Assembly (NCBI GenBank): GCA_012295275.1
Contig: CM022671.1
Location: forward strand, 30,752,001-30,816,000
Direction of reading: 5' to 3'
Source: Chrysomallon squamiferum
Lineage: Eukaryota > Animalia > Mollusca
Length of the DNA: 64,000 bases
The translations under genes and the position numbers were made by a program. How positions within the stretch are numbered: position 1 is the stretch's first letter; the number at the start of each line of letters is the position of its first letter. Shown here one piece after another: positions 60,341 to 64,000 of this stretch. Under the pieces are notes generated by a model. The model had not been told where the DNA came from. It saw only the letters and a program-made list of their open reading frames with translations, and did no database searches.

Positions 60341-60845
60341 AGGGATAACAATAATTGATAAGCATGAAAAATATAATGAGGCTAAAGGTCCAGTAAAAAT
60401 GCACAGCCCCAAGGACACAATTTTCGATTTTAAAAATAAATATATCACGACACTTCAATGCAAACAAAAAAAAAAAAAAAAAAAAAAATCAAATCAGGTA
60501 ATAAATTTATAATAGTTACATAACTGGACACACTAACACGACTAAACATATTTATTTACAAAAAAAAACAACAACAAAAAAAGTGTTATCTGTTACAGCT
60601 GTTTTTTGGTTCTCTTCATTAAAACAGGGGAAGGTCATAGAATCAATCATCTGAAAGGTTTGTATCAATTCACAAACTAATGTTAGATTAATTGGTGTGT
60701 ACGTATTGTGCTTACCAAATCAGTGCAACAAAAACACATTAATTTTGCAGTACTTTCCCTCTCACCTTCGAGTATCGGAATTAACCTTTTGCTCAACAGT
60801 TCTTGATTAGTAGAAACTGTGAAATGATGGACTGTGATAAACATA

Positions 60846-61957
60846 ATGAATTTAACAGATAATAATACAACAAACGTTTCCTGTACACAAAATCTATGTA
60901 ATGAAACAGGCCAAGTTGATCCTATGCTACAATGGATATAATTAATACATTATTCATCTCAACGACAGCCCTGCTCGGTTTCGTGGGCAACTTTATCTCG
61001 ATCTGCGTCCTGTCTTCTTCCAGAATGAAGTCTCCCAACAGCGTCATTTTGACCTTCCTGGCTTTCTTCGACATTCTCGTTTTAACAAGATGTACTTTGT
61101 TCGTATCGGTGACGATCGCCCTCAAAGAAACAATGACGAAGAAGCGACTGCACGAAATCTACGGAATTCCTATAGCAACGGCTATGCAGCCAATCGAACG
61201 CGTTGGTTACTTCGGTTCTGTTTGAACGACCGTCGTGTTAACAGCGGTTTGTTGCCGTTGTGCCTCCTTTTCGAGCCACGTCTCTTTGCTCTGTGAGAAA
61301 CACCAGAATATCTGGTTTATCTCTTCCGATTCCTTCCATCCTCCACAACATTCCCGAGTTTTTCAACGGCACTGTCAGCCTTGCCTGGGATCCTGACAAC
61401 AACACGACCAAATTCATTGTCACCAAATCAGTCGAGGAACGAGTGAAATTTGTCTTTGAAAACATCTACAGAAAATACTCGGAAGTCATCGTTCTGTTGG
61501 CGATGCCAGCCTTTGTTCTGGTTGCTCTGAACTCCTGCATCCTTTGTAAAATCTTGTCTGCGATCTCGACGGAATACACGAAAGAGACTTCAGTCACTGT
61601 AGGGGTCGTTCCTCCGGGACTGACAAAATTTCAACCCTAGCACTGGCCATTGTTTTCACTTTCTGGGTTACCCGTACAACAGTCAGGAATGTGGAAAGAA
61701 ACTTGTGTGTCAGAGACGTAGAGGAATGTCTCTCTCTTCCCGAGTATTGCCAGTCTCTTCAAATGGCAGCCAATTTGGTAACGACAGGCAATTCAGCTAT
61801 TAATTTTTTTTTACTACTGTTTGTTCGGAACAAAATTTCGAAAAGTTCTGTTTTCAGCCGTCACCTGCAATGCCGTAAACTTAGTGTCGCCATTTCAAAA
61901 ATTTCCAAAACGGCAGGACCCTGCAAATGTGGTCGTAGCTTACCATGTAGTTATTGA
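60846..61957 (+). pseudogene. Inverted GPCR pseudogene of the same family (GPCR-5psi)
   Basis: Begins MNLTDNNTTNVSC..MLQWI, then has a frameshift near 60939, an in-frame TGA at 61223-61225, a small deletion that destroys ERF near 61243, and further frameshifts at ~61570-61690 and ~61810. Remnants include GNFISICVLSS, LAFFD, HNIPEFF, LC..EYC and NSAINFF. Confidence 0.9.
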
Positions 61958-62090
61958 GGGTCAAGACGTTCAGTTTTCTTTTATCAGTTAAATTTTGTTT
62001 TATAATAAAAATACTTTCTTAATTAAACGTAAAATAAAATACAGAAGTTGGTGATAATTGCTACAACAGCCAAATCAGAAGCATATTTTT

Positions 62091-62121
<31 letters not shown>

Positions 62122-63492
62122 GTAAATAACATATTACATGTTTGTATACAAATATTCGCATATATTTACACACACACACATACATACACAGATTCACATA
62201 CATAAAAACAACAAAAGCATCTATATTATGGATTTTATATATTATTTTGGTTTATTCTGAATTTCAAATAATATACAAACAAGTACATACATACAAATAT
62301 ACATACATACAAACATACATACACACACAGACACACATACACACATGCACATATATATACACATATAAACACACACACAATTACACACATAATTACTTAC
62401 CAACACACACACACACACTTTAAACAGTAAAGTACATTTACATTCCTACGTACAAACTTGCATGTTTCTGATTTACACGTACGTGTCCTGCCCTTGTTTT
62501 TTTTTTTTTTTTTTTTTCATCTTTGTTTTGGTCAGCGAAGGACGTCTGCTGATCTTGGAAACAAAAGTTCAAGGCGGTACGTGTGTAATGACATTTCATT
62601 CTGTGATTATCTACACGGTGGTCTCATTCACACAACACAGTGTCAGCTCTTCTTTATTAAAGATACAATGAACGACTTTTCTGATTATTATTTACGACTC
62701 CGTATATATATGTAAATGAATAATAATAAAAAATGTAAATATAAAAAATAAATAAAGGAATATATATATATATATATATAAAACCTATTTTCATATGTTT
62801 ATTTTATTTATTTCTTTATTATTACTTATATATTATTTATGTATGTATGTATGTGTGTGTATATACATATATATTTGTTTGTTTGCTTGCTTGTTTATGT
62901 ATTTTCTATTTATTTATATATTTGTAACATTTATTTGTTTATTTCTTCATTCATTTGTTTATTTATCATTTATTTCTTAATGTATTATTATTATTAATAT
63001 TATTATTGTTATTTATTGTGACTTCGTTTTATCTATATTCTGAAACTCATATTTACAGTAATTAGTCTGTGAAAATTTAATACTTCAACTTTTCTTCTTT
63101 TTTTTTGAGAAATTCGTTTCTACTTTCTTTAATACGATAATCAACTGTGAAGTTGGCTGACATCAAAATGTAACACTTGTAATTGAATACAATCAAGTTC
63201 ACCCAGATTCTTCTTAACAGTACGTGACCGGTGATCACAGCCCAGTAATATCAACACTGGAGTCAAATTTCTGACAGCAAGAAAAAACAAAACAAACAAC
63301 AAAAAAAACCTGATACTATTCATTCTAAATAGAATATCATTACTGCAATATTTCCTTGAACTTTAGCTTAGAAAACTGGATACGACATTCAAAGTTCCGG
63401 GGCAGAAAAAAAGTTCCGTGTATAATGTTATTGTTCTAATTACTGGAGAAACACTGGGATGTACGCTTGTGTGTTTTTACTGTGCTCTTTAA

Positions 63493-63529
<37 letters not shown>

Positions 63530-63895
63530 ACATAATTAGATACACAGACACACATTCACACACAGACTCACATACACATATATATACATATTTATATACA
63601 TACACACATATACATACGCATATATACACATATATACACGTACATACCTTCATACAGACACACACACACATATATATTTTCAGACACATTCACACACACA
63701 CACAAACACACATATACATACACAGATCTAAATATATGCACGCATGCACACTAATTTCAAGACTGACACCCAGATGATTTATTTTCTTTGACGAACTCTT
63801 TCGTCTGCCAGTACAATCAAGATAATTGTGTTATACTCATGGTAAATATACATGTATAATCATTACAATTTCGTTCACTATAAATTTAGCAAACA

Positions 63896-63934
<39 letters not shown>

Positions 63935-64000
63935 TCTCATTAGACTGTTACCAAATTTTTAAAAAAAATTAAATTTTAAAAACATATTAAAAAAATGTCA

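Overview
AT-rich, microsatellite-dense animal genomic DNA with GT-AG introns; the gene families suggest a lophotrochozoan or mollusc, which is an inference. Left to right: (1) the 5' part of a Hillarin-like LIM plus transglutaminase-like gene on the minus strand (6 exons, running off the left edge), whose 8.7 kb first intron holds a truncated, frameshifted GT31 beta-1,3-galactosyltransferase copy on the opposite strand; (2) two tandem 10-exon GDPD1/GDPD3-type lysophospholipase D genes, the first canonical and the second intact but lacking both catalytic His residues and the metal-binding Asp (candidate pseudoenzyme); (3) four intact class A GPCRs with single coding exons (FMRFamide-receptor-like/Srw type) and one inverted pseudogene, three of which share an identical 84-93 bp tract; (4) an intact GT31 galactosyltransferase inside that cluster whose ATG appears split by an intron. 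MITE-like elements and many simple repeats are present. I found no rRNA, tRNA or CRISPR. All exon models were read by hand from splice sites and frame continuity; no searches were run.
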